A DNA stretch of 64,000 nucleotides from NCBI RefSeq assembly GCF_009914755.1, contig NC_060937.1; one strand, 5' to 3'. This document shows, piece after piece, positions 42,515-56,867 of the stretch. Source of the stretch: the human T2T-CHM13v2.0 reference genome, Homo sapiens. Every line of letters starts with the position of its first letter. Position 1 is the first letter of the stretch. The notes beneath the pieces are model-generated. The model saw nothing but the letters and a program-made list of their open reading frames with translations. It was not told the origin of the DNA and did no database searches. Both the position numbers and the translations under genes were made by a program.

Positions 42515-44269
42515 TGTGGGGGAAGGGGAGGGGGAATGCTGTATGTGCCCATCTCTGGCACAGCCAAGAGTATTTGAAAAGGGTAAGAGGCAAGAGATCA
42601 TGTGGTCTAGACAGCAAGAAACGATAGTACTTAAGTACATCTAAAGTATAAATACTATAAATAGGGACATGAGTGTGGACAGGGATGGAGGCTCTAGTAT
42701 GCTGTGTGAACACTGTTTTATCCCAGCAAATGTAGAATCACAGAAGCGAGTTCCATTATGTTTGTATAATAGCTAGATCACTCTTGTTGTAGAATAGGAA
42801 ACAGGCTTATGGTTAACAGGAATGTAGGCATAGAGACCAGTTGCAGAAAAATAGAAGAGAGTTGATAATTTGAGCTAAGATAATAGAAGAATTTGAGAAA
42901 TTGGTGTGTGGATAGATTTTGGGAGGGTAGCATTATCCAGATGCATGAGCCTACCTACATGGCTCTATATATTGTATTTATATTTACTATAACTTCATAA
43001 TCCATAGTATACTGTGTTCATAGCTTTACTCTGTGGCACTTCTATTGTTCTTGCATTAGCTATTGCTCAACGTTCCTGCTCAGGATCCTATGTGTATAAG
43101 CAGTCATGAATTTGTTCAGTTCTGAAAACTTCTCAGCCATTAACTCTCAGAATGCTGTATTCCCTTCATTCTCTCAATCTGAAATTCCTCTTAAATAAAT
43201 ATTCAGAAGTGTTCATTTTGAGGCTTTCTAACCCTGCAGTAGATTTTCATAAATATACTACAATAAGCCCTGATCTTAAAAAAACACAAAAGTATTTTTT
43301 GACTCTAGGGAATAGTGGATATTTTCAGAATTGCTCATCCTCCCTTTAGAACACTTTAGGCCCCTTATGCTTTGGAGAGGCTTCTGGAACTGTTGTCTTT
43401 CTAACTTTTATTGGATTCAACTGGATTAGAACAATTACTGGGCTGTGTAGTATAGGTACTCTGTCCCTTTACTTTTTTAACTCCAGCAGAAAGGAGAAGT
43501 ATTTAAAGAACATTAAGCTAATATGCCCCCACTTTCATGCCTACTTGTTTGGGAGAATAATTTAAATATATCAGAGTTGGTTCTGTGGGTATGGTCATCT
43601 ATTTTATTCTGCTTGGGTCTGGGTTCAGGTCCCAGTTCTGGCCCAGGACTTGTTTCAGTGCCCTTATATCCATATTTTCATATTTCTAATACTCTTTTAC
43701 ACCATTCTATATTTACAAGTATCATGTAATAAGGGCACTTCTCAAGTTCTCTACTTCTCAAAATGTATAATACCAATTTACACACTTACTATAATAGAAG
43801 ATAGCATAAAGAGGAGCCATAAAATGAGTTTCCAAGTGCAGCTATTTGACCTCTGCTCTCCAGCCGGCATCTGCACCCCTACACACATAGCATTGCCATG
43901 CGCTTCACAAAACCATGTGGCCTACAGGATGGAACATTCACCTGACATAAATTTACTCTTATGAGCACCAGACCCCTCCACGTTTTTCTTTTCCCAAGCT
44001 TTCCGTGATATTCTGCAACCACAAGAAGCTTGGTTTTATTTTGAGCCTCAATATTTTCACATGTTGTAAAAAATCGACAGTAGATTAATAGTCAGATATA
44101 CTTTTTGATTCTCTAGATCACCTATAGTTTTCTCAGCTTTCTGTGCCTTGGATTTGGCTAAAAGTCCCTTCCCCTGATCTACCACCAAAAACAAACACAT
44201 TTTGTATTTTACTTGCAAGTCTGCAGAGCCATGGTCACAGCTACCAATTGCTGTATTAAATCCTCTCTA

Positions 44270-44640
44270 GTAGTCAGTATTCTTTGGTGATACGTGACAG
44301 AAAGTCAATGCAAACTACTTCAAGTTCAAAATGAGATTTATTGGTCCATGTATCCAGGAAGTGCAAGGGTGAAACTAAGGTTGAGTGGAACCAGGAAATT
44401 AAATGTCTTCAGGATTCTTTCTATATCAGTCTTTTACAATTTTCTTTCTAGGATAACTTCATTGCATTCCTATGCAGCAGGCATCTCTGCCTGAGAGACA
44501 TGTTGATGGTAGTTCTGGATTTGACGTGAATACTTTCACGAAGATGACACCTCCACACTAGCTGTAATTAGTAAAATCTTAGAGAATGAATCAGGTGTTC
44601 TGGTGTGAGTCATGTTATCTCCTGACGTCGGGAAGTAGAT
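44270..44640 (-). mobile_element. Old MaLR LTR (MLT1J/K-like)
   Basis: tagtcagtattctttgg...gtgacagaaa...aaactacttcaag...gatttattggtccatgta pattern. Confidence 0.5.
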
Positions 44641-45914
44641 ATTTTTAACAAGTTAAGAAATGGAGGCAATGTTAGTCAAACTACGCAGGTGCACACACAC
44701 ACACATACACAAAGTGTGTATGGAAGAAAAAACAATCTCTGGCCTCATATTTGCAGAAACCTCTGCAGAACTGAAGATTCCATATACTTAGCTTATCTTC
44801 TTTAGCTTGGCTTCTCTTCTTTCACCTTTTACTTTCTGTAATACAAGTAGTGTAAAGGCTGTCTTTGGTCTGGTAACTGGTGTTTTTAATAAAGTGTGCC
44901 TTTTAGGAGTACTGCTCTTAATATTGACTCTTCTTTAAACTACTCTTCTCTTTTATTACATCTTCTGTTACAGGGTCTTACACTTCAATTCTTAAGGGAA
45001 TTACTTTTCTCCTATACTTTTATTAGTGATCAGGGCGAGCACAAAGATCTATTTTATCCTGACACTCCTACACGAAGAGCTACCACTAAGGGCTGTCAGA
45101 CTGCACCTGGCACAATTGGAAGAAAGGCAATTCACCTAGACTGTGAGTTCACCAGGTTCCCCGCGTTCAAGTATCCTGAAACATTTGTCCATTGTTACTA
45201 AAAACTCATTTGCTTTGAGAATACAGTTTAACTCCAAATGTTGGATATCTAAGCTTTCTCTAGAACATTCTCAGCTTTTGATACTTCATAATAGCCAAAC
45301 TAGGTTAAAAGAGTTCCTCATTTATTGCCCAATATTGGGTTTCTTAATTGTACATTATGCCCAAGTTTAGGATCCTCACAGCCAATGTCTTTTATCACAT
45401 CTGTAACAGACATAAACTTTGCAGAAATTAACATTAGAAGTATCAAGGATTAAAAATATCTTCTCAAGCCTTCCTTATATTCTTACGCAATCGAAAAGCA
45501 ACAAACGCCATCAGGAAGTCCTACTAAGACTATTTTCACATTCTCTATGTCTGAGCATTGAATAAAGCCCAGGGATTTAATCTTACGTCGTGGCCTTAGT
45601 TAGTTTGATGTTTGTTTATTTTTATTAGCAGCCTCAGAGCCTTTCATTGGCACTCTCAAAGCAATAAATAACTCAATGAACACATCTGTTCCAGATTACC
45701 AGTTCTCTCTGTTACTGTAATTGTTCTACTTAACAGTTTGTCTTCTAGTCACTAGTATGAAGTTGTGCACTATATAATTATTCACAAAGTTTCTAGATTA
45801 GGGCTTCAAACATAATCTATGTATATAAAGGCTTATGATCTCAAAATTATATATTTCCTTAATATTTATTTTAAGAAAATAGTCTTTCCAAAAAATATCA
45901 ACACACTTTTGAGT

Positions 45915-46520
45915 TTTTCAGTTGTTAATTTGCTGTATAACAAATTACCACCTACGTAGTGGCTTAAAACAACACCCCTCTATTTTCTCACAGTTTTGTG
46001 GGTTAGACATCCAGCCACTGGTTTCTCTGCTCAGCAACTCACAAGGCTTAAATCAAGGCGTTGACCTGCCAGGGCTGTATTCTCATCAAGATTAGTTTCT
46101 TCTTCGAAGCTCAGATGATTGTGGCAGGATTCACGGTCTATAATTATAGAACTGAGGTCCTCATTTCCTTGCTGGCTACCATCAGGGGCCTCTGTGAGCT
46201 CATAGACGCCATCAGCATTTCTTGCCTTCTATCTTTAAGCCAGCAGAAGACAATCTGCTTTGCATCAAATATCATTAAGGCTTTGAAGAATCGTTTTCAC
46301 CAGGAAGAGGCTTCTCTCTTTTAAGGGCTCACCTGATCCAATCAAGCCCAGTGAGGATAATCTCCCTATCTTAAAATCAAATGATTTGAGGCTTTAGTTA
46401 TATTTGCAAACTGCCATCACTGCAGCACCCAGATAAACATTTGATGATTAACTGGACAAGATGTGTGATACATTAGATGCTGGGAATCCTGAGAACTATT
46501 GTAGAATCCTGCCTACCACA
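45915..46520 (-). mobile_element. MLT1E-like MaLR LTR
   Basis: ataacaaattaccac...tagtggcttaaaacaacac...ttttaagggctcacctgat...gaatcctgcctaccaca. Confidence 0.8.
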
Positions 46521-48464
46521 ACAGAGTATAGTTTCATTTATTCTTTCACTAATTTCCTGCAGGAAAAAGTGAGATCATGCTATTGCTCTCAGTGAAATTT
46601 ACTATTATTTGAAGATAATGAATCTGGAGTAAAAATAAATATGATTTACAGTACACTCACATACACCCACAAATATAAATCAATAGTCATATGAGTGAAT
46701 GCTTAAGAAATATCACCATCAAAAATCAAAAGGGAAATGAGGGAAGCAGGGAAGAAGGTGGCAGAAATTAAGCCTACACCCTTCATGCCCCCTAAGGAAC
46801 AGCAAATTTTAACAACTATCTGCATACAGAAAAGTACTGCCACAAGAACCACAAGACAGGTGAGTAATCACAGTACATGGTTTTAATTTCATATTGCCGA
46901 AAGAGGTATTGAGGAGGGCAGGAGAAACAGGCTTGAATCTTTGATGCCACCCCATCCACATCCCCCAGCATCAGCCGGGCAGTACAGAGAGTCTGTGTAC
47001 TGGGGAATGGAGAATGCAAGGACGGGGGGACTTTACATTAAACTCAGTATAGCTCTGTTGTAGTGGGGAGAAAATCCGTGTTGTGCTCAGCCAGTGCCCA
47101 CAGACAGGGGGGCCATTTGGACCAGTCCTAGCCAAAGGGGAATTGCTGATCACAGCGGGTAGAACTTGAGTTTCTCAGCAAGACTCGCCACCATGGGCCA
47201 AAGTGCTGTGGTGTCCTAGGTAAACTTTCAATGAAGTTTAGAACAGAAGGACTGCAATTCCTAGGCAACTCCTCGTGCTGGGCTAGGCTCAGAGCCAGAG
47301 GACCAGAGTAGCATGTGATCTAGGGAAACATCAGCCAGAGTGGCTAAGGGAGTGCTTGTGCTACCCCTCCCCCAACCCTAGGCAGTGCAGTTCACAGCAA
47401 CAAAAGTGACTGCTTCATTCTGCTTAGTGGGAGGAGAGCAAAGAATAAAGAACACTTTGTCTTATACCTTGGATACCATCTCAGCCACAGTATAATAGGG
47501 CACTGAGCAGAGTCATGAGGCCCCCCTATTCCAGGCCCTAGCTCCTGGATAACGTTTTTAGACACACTGTTTGCCAGAAGGGAACCTGCTGCCATGAAGG
47601 GGAGAACACAGCCTTGGCAGCATTGATTATCTGCTTACTAAAGAGCCCTTGGGCCATGGATAACCAACTGTGATACCCAGGTCATCAAGGATCTTGGCTG
47701 ATCCTCTGAGACTTGTTAGCTTCAGGTGAGACTCAGCAGATTACCAGATGTAGTGGTTATGGGGTAAAACTCCTTCTGCTTGAGAAAAGCAGAAGGAAAA
47801 GCAAAGGGGACTTTGTTTTGCACTTAAGTACCAGCCTGACCATAGGTGGGCAGAGCACCAAGCCAGGTCTAGGGGGTCCCTGATTCTAGGACTCGATTCT
47901 TGGATGGCATTTTTGGACCTGCCCTGGGCCAGAGGGGAGCCTTCTACCCTGAAGGGCGAGTCCCAGGCCAGGGGGCTTTCAGCACAAACTGACTTAAGAG
48001 AGCTTGGGCTTTAAGTGGACATCAAAGGTGGCCTGGCAGAAAACCCCTGTGGGCCAATGATGAAGGAGGCCATGAAGAGAGGCTCCTCTGCCTGTGGAAT
48101 GGGGAGGGAAGAGCAGGAAGGACTTCGTATTGTGGTATGAGTACCAGCTTAGCCTCAATAGAATAGAACATCAGGCAAATTTGTTAGGTTTTTGACTTAA
48201 ATCCTGGCTCCCAAATAGCATCTCTGGACCCATGAGGGCCTGAAAGGACTTGCTGTTCTGAAAGAAGGGACCTAGATAGATTTACCACCTGCTGATTGCA
48301 GAGCCCTAGGACCTTGAGTGAGCATAGGAGGTAGCCAGGTAGTGGTTATAAAAGGCCTTGGGTGAGACACAGTGTTGTGCTGGCTTCAGGTCTGAATCAG
48401 CACAGTCCTAGTGGTGATGAACACAAGGGTGCTTGTGTCACCCCAGCCCCAGTGCCAGGTGGCT

Positions 48465-48467
<3 letters not shown>

Positions 48468-48526
<59 letters not shown>

Positions 48527-48545
48527 CAATAGAGAGAGAGAGAGA
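48468..48545. repeat. (CA)n(GA)n compound microsatellite in the L1 5'UTR
   Basis: Direct read. Confidence 0.97.
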
Positions 48546-48668
48546 CTCCATTTGTTTGGGAGAAAGTAAGGGAAAAGAACAAGAGTCACTGCCTGGTAAT
48601 CCAGAGAATTCTTCCAGATCTTATCCATGATCAAGTTGGTACCTCTCCAAGTCTGTAAAAACCACAAC

Positions 48669-48951
48669 ATCCCAGCACTTTGGGAGGCTGAGGCAGGCAG
48701 ATAACGAGGTCAGGAGATCGAGACCATCCTGGCTAACACGGTGAAACCCCGTCTCTACTAAAAATACAAAAAATGAGCTGGGTGTGGTGGCAGGCACCTG
48801 TAGTCCCAGTTACTCAGGAGGCTGAGGCAGGAGAATGGTGAGAACCTGGGAGGTGGAGCTTGTAGTGAGCCGAGATCGTGCCACTGCACTCCAGCCTGGG
48901 TGACAGAGTGAGACTCCATCTCAAAAACAAACAAACAAACAAATAAACAAA
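48669..48951 (+). mobile_element. 5'-truncated AluY
   Basis: gagatcgagaccatcctggctaacacgg and ggagcttg diagnostics, with a (CAAA)n tail. Confidence 0.9.
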
Positions 48952-51900
48952 ACAATATTGGGCTTGGGACTTATGTTCTTTCAAATACCTGAAAAGTCTT
49001 TGCAGGAAGGATGAGCACAAATAAGCCCAGACTGTGAAGGCTACAGTAAATACCTAACTCTTAAATACGCAGATACCAATGAACACCTGCAAACATCAAG
49101 ATCATCCAGGAAAGCATGACCTCTCCCAAAGAACTGAACAAGGCACTGGGGACCAATTCTCGAGACGCAGAGATATGTGATCTTTCAGGGAGAGAATTCA
49201 AAATAGCTGTTTTGAGGAAATGCAAAGAAATTCAAAATAACACAGAGAAGGGATTCACAATCTATCAGGTAACTTTAACAAATAGATTGAAGTAACTAAA
49301 AAGAATTAAGCAGAAATTCTAGAGCTGAAAAATGTGATTGACATACCAAAGAATGCATGAGACTCTCTCAACAGCAGAATTGATCAAGCAGAGAAAAGAA
49401 TTAGTGAACTCAAAGAGATGCTATTTGAAAACACACAGTCAGAGACGACAAAAAAAAAAAAATGAAGCGTGCCTACAAAATCTAGAAAATAGCCTCAAAA
49501 AGGAATATCTAAGTTATTGGCCTTAAAGTGGAGGTAGAGAAAAAGAGGTAGAACACCCCAAACCTAGATAAAGATATACATTCAAGTATAAGAAGGTTAT
49601 AGAACACCACGCAGATTTAACCCAGAGAAGACTACCTCAAGGCATCTAATAATAAAATTCTCAAAAGTCAAGGATCCTAAAAGCAACAAGAGAAAACAAA
49701 CAAATAACACACAGTGGAACTCCAATACATCTGGCGACAAACTTTTCAATGGGAAACTTACAGACCAGGAGAAGTGGCATGACATATTAAAATGCTGAAG
49801 AAAAAAAAATCACTCTTGAATAGTATATCTGGCAAAAATATGCTTCAAGAATGAAGGATATTTCATGCTTGAAGGATATTTTCCTTTAGACTTTCACAGA
49901 CAAACAAAAGCTGAGGGATTTCATCAACACCAGATCTGTCCTATAAGAAATGCTAAAAGGAACTATTCAATCTGAAAAAAAAAAAAAAAAAAAGGATATC
50001 AATGACCAATAAGAAATCATCTGAAGGCACAAAACTTACTGGTAACAGAAAGTACACAGAAAAACATAGAATATTATAAGATAGAATATTATAAGACTGT
50101 AATTGTGGTGTGTAAACCACTCTCGTCTGAAGTAGAAAGACTAAATAATGAACCAATAAAAAATATAAGTACAACTTTTTAAGACACAGTACAATAAGAC
50201 AGGAGAAATAACTAAAAGTCATAAAAACAAGAGGATGAAGTTAAAGTGTATAGTTTTTATTAGTTTTACTTCTGTGTGTTTGTTCATTTGTGTATGCAAG
50301 CAGTGTTGTCATTAGTTTAAAATAATGAGCTATAAGATAGTATTTGCAAGCCTTATAGTAATATCACAGAATAGGGTATTCAGCCATATGAAAGAGTGAA
50401 ATCCTGCCATTTGCAACAACATAATTGGAACTGGAGGGCAATATGTTAAGTGAATAGGTCATTATGTTAAGGTGGTGGAGAGTAGAAATACAGTTACCAG
50501 AGGCTGGGGAAGGTAGTTGGGGGGTTGTTGGGGTGGTGGGGATAGTGAATGGGTACAAAAAATAGAAAAAATGAACAATGCTTAGTATTTAATAGCACAA
50601 CAAGATGACTATAGTGAAAATAATTTAATTGTACATTTTAAAATAGCTGAAGGAGTAAAATTGGATTATTTTTTACACAAAGGATAAATGCTTGAGGGGA
50701 TGGATACCCCATTTTCCGTAATGTGATTATTACGCTTTGCATGTCGGTGTCAAAATATCTCATGTACCAATTAAACATGTACAACTACTTTATATCCACA
50801 AAAATTAAAAGTTAAGAAAAATATTAAAAGGTATAAGTTGAAACCTATCAAAAGTTTTATTTTTCTTTCTCAAACATTATAAAAGAAAGCTGTAATTACA
50901 GCATGCAGACAACAATTTATTATCTTTTGTTTTTGTTTGAGTTCTATCGCAGTGAATTATCTCAAGAGTTTAAAAAATAAAGTTATTCTCCAAAATTTAT
51001 TTAAAAAAATAGACAATCTCCCATTTCCCTTTCATTGACATAGTACCTTTATAGCTTTTCGGCTGAATATTTTGGCATTTTCTCAAAATAACAGCTTGCA
51101 TTGTTACTTTTTTACTTTTTGAATTTTGACATTATATATGCATTGACTTGCTACTTTGGAAGATAATAGATGTCTGTTTTTTGCTGTCCACCAGATACAA
51201 AGTTAATTTATCTGTCCTTTTATCCTTCCAATACAGTAATATTATAAATATGATTAGATATTTTGCACTTATTATTATAATTTGGTAAATGTTACATACA
51301 GATAAGCATGTAATTACTGTGACTCAATTTTCTACCTTTTAAAAAAGCATTAAATATTGTCATGTTACGTGTGTTTGATTCTCTCTCTTTTTCTCTGTCT
51401 CATTTTTTTAACTGTTTTCAATATGTACATTTTACCAATGGAACTCCCAGCAAACTTTCGTTTTCAACTTCTTATTTCCGGGCACTTGAAGCATTTGAGA
51501 AATTTCCTGATCTTGGAGGAATGTCCCGTGAAGATTTCTGTCATGCTCCATTCTAGGTAGCTGTCTCCTACACATGCTATTCAGGCCTCACTGTGCAATC
51601 TTCCTTTTTCATTGTTACAACTCTCAATCTCTTTCTTTCATGTTTTCCATTTTTCTTTATGTCTCCTTATTTTCCCTTATGCTCCCTTTTCCTGAGGTGC
51701 TTCTTCACTTTACTGATGCATAGCTGCCAATAGGTTCCTGAAAAAGAGTACACAATAAGTATGTTTTGAGAGCTTTTATGTGTAAAACATCTTTATTTTA
51801 CCTTAATATTTAATTGACAATTTGGTTTATAAGAGTAGGTCAGGGAAAGATAAGCACGCCTGGCCAGTGTCTTAGTATCAGGGAGGAGGTTTACTTGTTC

Positions 51901-52029
51901 CTGTGGTAACAGGAAGTGATTTGGGCCCGAGGGGTTCCGCCATACACAGGCTTAAAGTCCTTGGGGAGCATGTCTAGCACTTCCGGGGTTGGAGTGTTGA
52001 AGTACTCTTTGTTGATCTTAACTCGATTG

Positions 52030-52345
52030 TCATCTCAATCTTTTAGTTCCTGCTTTAAAAAAATTAGAATATTATTATTTGCCTCATATGGTTGTGATTA
52101 TTATAAAATAAGATTACATGTGGCAAAAACATGGCATGGTTGGAGATTGAAGAGTATGTTGATTGAAAACTGGGGCTGCGGTGTAAGAATTTCTGGGTTT
52201 GAATCTTGACTACCTCATTTGTTTTGCTGTATGAAGTTTAGCAAGTTATTTTTGCCTCTCTATACCTCAAATTCACTTGTGAAATGTGGATAATAAAATA
52301 ATAGTACCTTCTTCATAAAATCATTGCAACGTTTACACATGAAGT
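52030..52345 (+). mobile_element. MIR fragments
   Basis: ctgggtttgaatcttgact...gcaagttattt...cctctctatacctca...aataatagtacct core. Confidence 0.65.
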
Positions 52346-55255
52346 AGAATTATATATATTTAACTCGATGGTCACAGAGTAAAAGAACAACAGATATTAC
52401 ATATGATTATTATTTATAAAAGCATTCTAGCCAGAGCTTGGTACACTCAAAAACATACTTTTTTTAAATTCTCAATTGTCACAATTCTATTTGCAAGTAT
52501 TTTAATAATTCATAACCATAACCTAGCTAGATAATATTCAAGATTTAAAAAATGGAACCTTAATTGAAACACTATTGTGAACAACCTTGTTGGTATTTTA
52601 TGTGGAATAAAATTAAATAAACAGATTGTTTTTAATGGTTGAAATAAATATGCACAATAAAATGAAAGCTATGTTAGATATATATTTCAAGCAAACTATA
52701 GAATTTCATGACTAGCATCACAGAAAATCTATGAAACTGGTTTTTAACTACCATCATTATATAGTTCTTTCTCAAGGAAATTGAAGACTGACAACCGTGT
52801 TTCCATCTGGAAACATCTAACATCTGTGATTGTAAACATCAAAACACAGCTGTTGCAGTTCTGAGTAAGCACTCCAATTTATTTATTTTTGACTTAAAAA
52901 AAATCTTCAGTTTTCATCAAACATCACAGTTGTTAAGTCATGTTCTTACAGCAGGAGGAAAAACAATTAAGAGAAATCACTATATCAAACATTTAAGAAC
53001 AATACTCTTTTTGTATTTCATTTAGAGGGAATCAAATCTTACTGTGGTTTAAGAAAAGCATTTTGGAGGGGATTCCTTTTTTTTAAGAAACCCCAGAATT
53101 TAAAGCTACAAGGATTTTAGAGATCATTATGTACATTGATCAGATATTTTTGAAAAACACAACAATGTTCAAAGGGAAAAATTGGGCTACTCAAGTTCAC
53201 ACAGGCAGGTGGTCTCAAGGCAAGGAATAGAATAGTCTTATTCTAGTGTTTGGCATTGGAGCTTCACATTAATTTTAATAAGAAAATGTCTTGCTAAAAA
53301 ACAAGTGTATCTCGGTGTAATATAAAATTTTAATTATACATGATTCTAAAAATGATTCCATTTAAAGAATATCATATTAAAATTGATTTTAACTATTATA
53401 CGTACAAGTAGTTCTGTAAATAATGCCAAAAACTTGAATCACTTTACCAATTCTTAATCATAGTTCTAATTCAGTTTCAGATAGACTAGCTCCTTTAACT
53501 GTACCCTCCCCTTTTGTAGCCAGGAAGACCTGAAGAAAAAAGTTCTGCAGATTTAGTCCTTAAAGCATGCTCACCAGTTTTTATTCTCTACTGGCCTGCA
53601 AACTCCTTGAAGGTGTATGGTTTCAGATCTCTTTTGTATTCTGCATTGAAGCACAGACTCTTTCAACTGATGCATTGTTTGGTTTTTCAGTCTTCTTTCC
53701 TTCATCCTAGTAGACAGGGTCATCCTGGGCTCCAGGCTCTGCAGTCTGAAGCCAGGTCCATATCCTAAGGCTCTCCTTCCAGATGCCTGGCTACCACCCA
53801 TCTGGAAGGTTAAGATGGCAGGGATTCCTTTAATCTGAAGAAAGTGAGATGCTTTGATTGGACCAGTCTTGATGACCTAGCTAAAAGGGCAACACCAATT
53901 CAGTAACACCAGGTTCTGATTACCAGTATTACTGATTCTGATTTGCAAGATCTGGGCAGACATTAGAGGTTGTAGTTTATACTTCAGCGGTAACCTTTGA
54001 GAAGCCAAGTTTAAAGCTGGAAAATTCTCTCCTATGGTACACGAGTGCCTCCAAGTGGCAGAAAATTAAGGTGCATGGGTATAACTGAAAGCTAAACACC
54101 ATACCCAGTTGCACCCAAGCACACTGGCATCTTGGTAGTGGTTGTTTCTGCCAGAGAGAGTCACAGGTAACTTAATTATATATTTTGGATATGGCCAACC
54201 TTCGAATTTTAACTGTAAGCTTTCTTTAAAATAGGCAAAGAGGATGATATGATTTACATAACTAGCTTCAATCTTCATCTGTAAGATTTGGAAAATGATT
54301 CCTAACTCATAAGAATATTGCAGGAATTAAATGAATTAAAATGCTTATACCAGTGCCTGGCATATGTGATATGATATTGGTAATATGTAGCAACTATTGG
54401 TAGTATGATATATGTTGTATATACTAAATAGTATATCTTATGTTGTATATATTCCATGTATGAATATATAATATATAATATTTATAATATAAATATATAA
54501 CATATTACATACAATGAGTAATATATGCTATGCAATATTCATAATGGGAAATATAATATTGAACATATAATGTATAATATTATTATGAGATTCATAATTT
54601 TTTTGCAGGGGATTGGGCTACAAAATGATTTGACTTTTTTTTGAGAATTGTACAAGAGAGCTATCCATCAGCAAGGATGGATTCAGTGGCTCAATAAGTT
54701 GTGGAGATTTGGGCATTTTAACATGGAAATCAAGTGGAATTATTGCAAATTTTCCATACAATCAAAGGCCCAAAATGGAAGCCCGATATTATAAAATGGC
54801 ACAAGAAACTGAGTGCTCTTCCCACTCATCAATAGTCTAATAGACTGAAAGAAACTTTCTCAAATCTTTGAGAGACATGTATGCATTCCCTCCTTCCCAA
54901 CCACGATGGCCAAGAATGAAAAAGAGCATTTGGTGCTAATTGCCTTTATCTATTACCTAGTAACAGCAGCAGAGCAGTTGGCTGCTGGAATGAGCTGTCA
55001 TGCCATTAGTTGACTCAAAGTTGGCACTAACACATGGATGCCCAGTTTGTGAACGTCCAGCTCACCCTTTCAGGAGATACACTAGTTCTTATATTATAAA
55101 GGATTTCAGTTCTCAGGACTAAGAACAGTATCCCTGACATAGTAAAGCTACTATTCTGTGACCTGTCAAAAATTTAATCTTCTGATTTTCAGAAACTAGT
55201 CTAATGGGACTCAGTTGACTTAATTGGCCATTCTTTCTGCCCAATCTCAGCTGAA

Positions 55256-56392
55256 ATTTTTTTTATTTTTATAGATTTAGGGGTAACAAGTGTAGTTTTG
55301 TTACATGGATATATGTAATGGTGAAATCTGGGCCTTTGGTGCACCCATGATCCAAACAGTGTACACTGTATCCAAAAAGTAATTTTTTTTTTATCAGTTC
55401 CTACCCTCCCGGCTTCCCACCATTTGGAGTTTCCAATGTCTATTATTCCCCTCTTATGTCCATTTGTACCCATTGTTTAGCTCCTGCTTATAAGTGAGAC
55501 CATACGTTATTTGACTTTTGGTTTCTGAGTAATTTCCCTTAGGATAACGGCCTCCAGTTTCCAAGCATGTTGCTGCAAAAGACATGATTTCATTTTTCAA
55601 AAAATGGCTGAGTAATATTAAGGGTTACTGAGTAGTAGTAGCAGGGATTTTTTTTTTTTTTTAATTTGTTGAGTTGTTTCATTTTCTTGTAGATTCTGGA
55701 TATTAGCCCTTTGTTGGATGCATAGTTTATAAATATTTTCTCCCGTTCTGTAGATTGTCTGTTTACTCTGATGATTCTTTCTTTTTCTGTGTAGACTATT
55801 TTTACTTAAATCCCTTTTGTCTAATTTTATTTATTGTGTTTGCCTTTGAAGACATAGTCATAAATTATTTGCCTAGGCCAGTGTTCAGAATAAATTTTTC
55901 TATATTTTCAGGTCTTATGTTTACGTCATTTATCAAACATAGATAATATGTTTGATAATAATAATATGATAAATATGATATTTATCAAACATAGATATCT
56001 TTTGGAGGAGTCTTTACGGTTTTCTAGGTCTAAGATGATACCATCAGTGATTATAGACAATTGACTTCCGCTTTTCCTATTTGGCTGCCTTTTATTTTTT
56101 TCTCTTGCCTGATTGCTCTTGTTAGGTCTTTGTATACTATGCTGTATAGAAGTGAGGGTTGGGCATCCTTGTCTTGCTCTAGGTTTAAGGGGAATGCTTT
56201 CAAGTTTTCCTTGTTCAGGATGATGTTTGTTGTGGGTTTGTTGTATATGCATTTAATTATTTTGGGTGTGTTTCTTGGATGTCTAGTTTTTTGAAGGTTT
56301 TTGTCATGAAGGTATGAGGAATTTTATCAAATACTTTTTCAGTATCTATATATCTATAGAGGTCATCATAGGTTTTTGTTTATAATTCTGTG
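55256..56392 (-). mobile_element. L1PB-type 3' portion with internal deletions
   Basis: Antisense L1PB 3'UTR, then ORF2 pieces (ORF 55926..56252). Discontinuities at ~55620 and ~55930-55980. Confidence 0.88.
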
Positions 56393-56555
56393 TGACACTG
56401 ATGATACATTAAGTTTGTGGGTTCTTTGGAGAAGAGAAACAGATGGGGATATGATTATCTAATTCTCTAGATTTTCCAATATTCTGTAACATCCTAGAAC
56501 TCATCTTGTGGAGAGCTCCAATTTAACTTTCTCTTCTAAAATCAGAATAGATTAA

Positions 56556-56867
<312 letters not shown>

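Larger units (their letters stand above)
46740..50822 (+). mobile_element. L1MA1/2-type element: long 5'UTR, ORF1 and inter-ORF spacer joined at ~50365 to the 3' end (ORF2 almost entirely missing)
   Basis: L1M1-type 5'UTR, ORF1 motifs (gaattcaaaatagctgttttgagg, tagaacaccacgcagatttaac) and L1MA 3'UTR (aaaggataaatgcttgaggggatggatacccc) with A-rich end. Confidence 0.85.

Noticed and set aside
54365-54600. Quasi-periodic AT-rich tract
   Set aside because: Degenerate (TA)n/(TAA)n low-complexity sequence with no stable unit.
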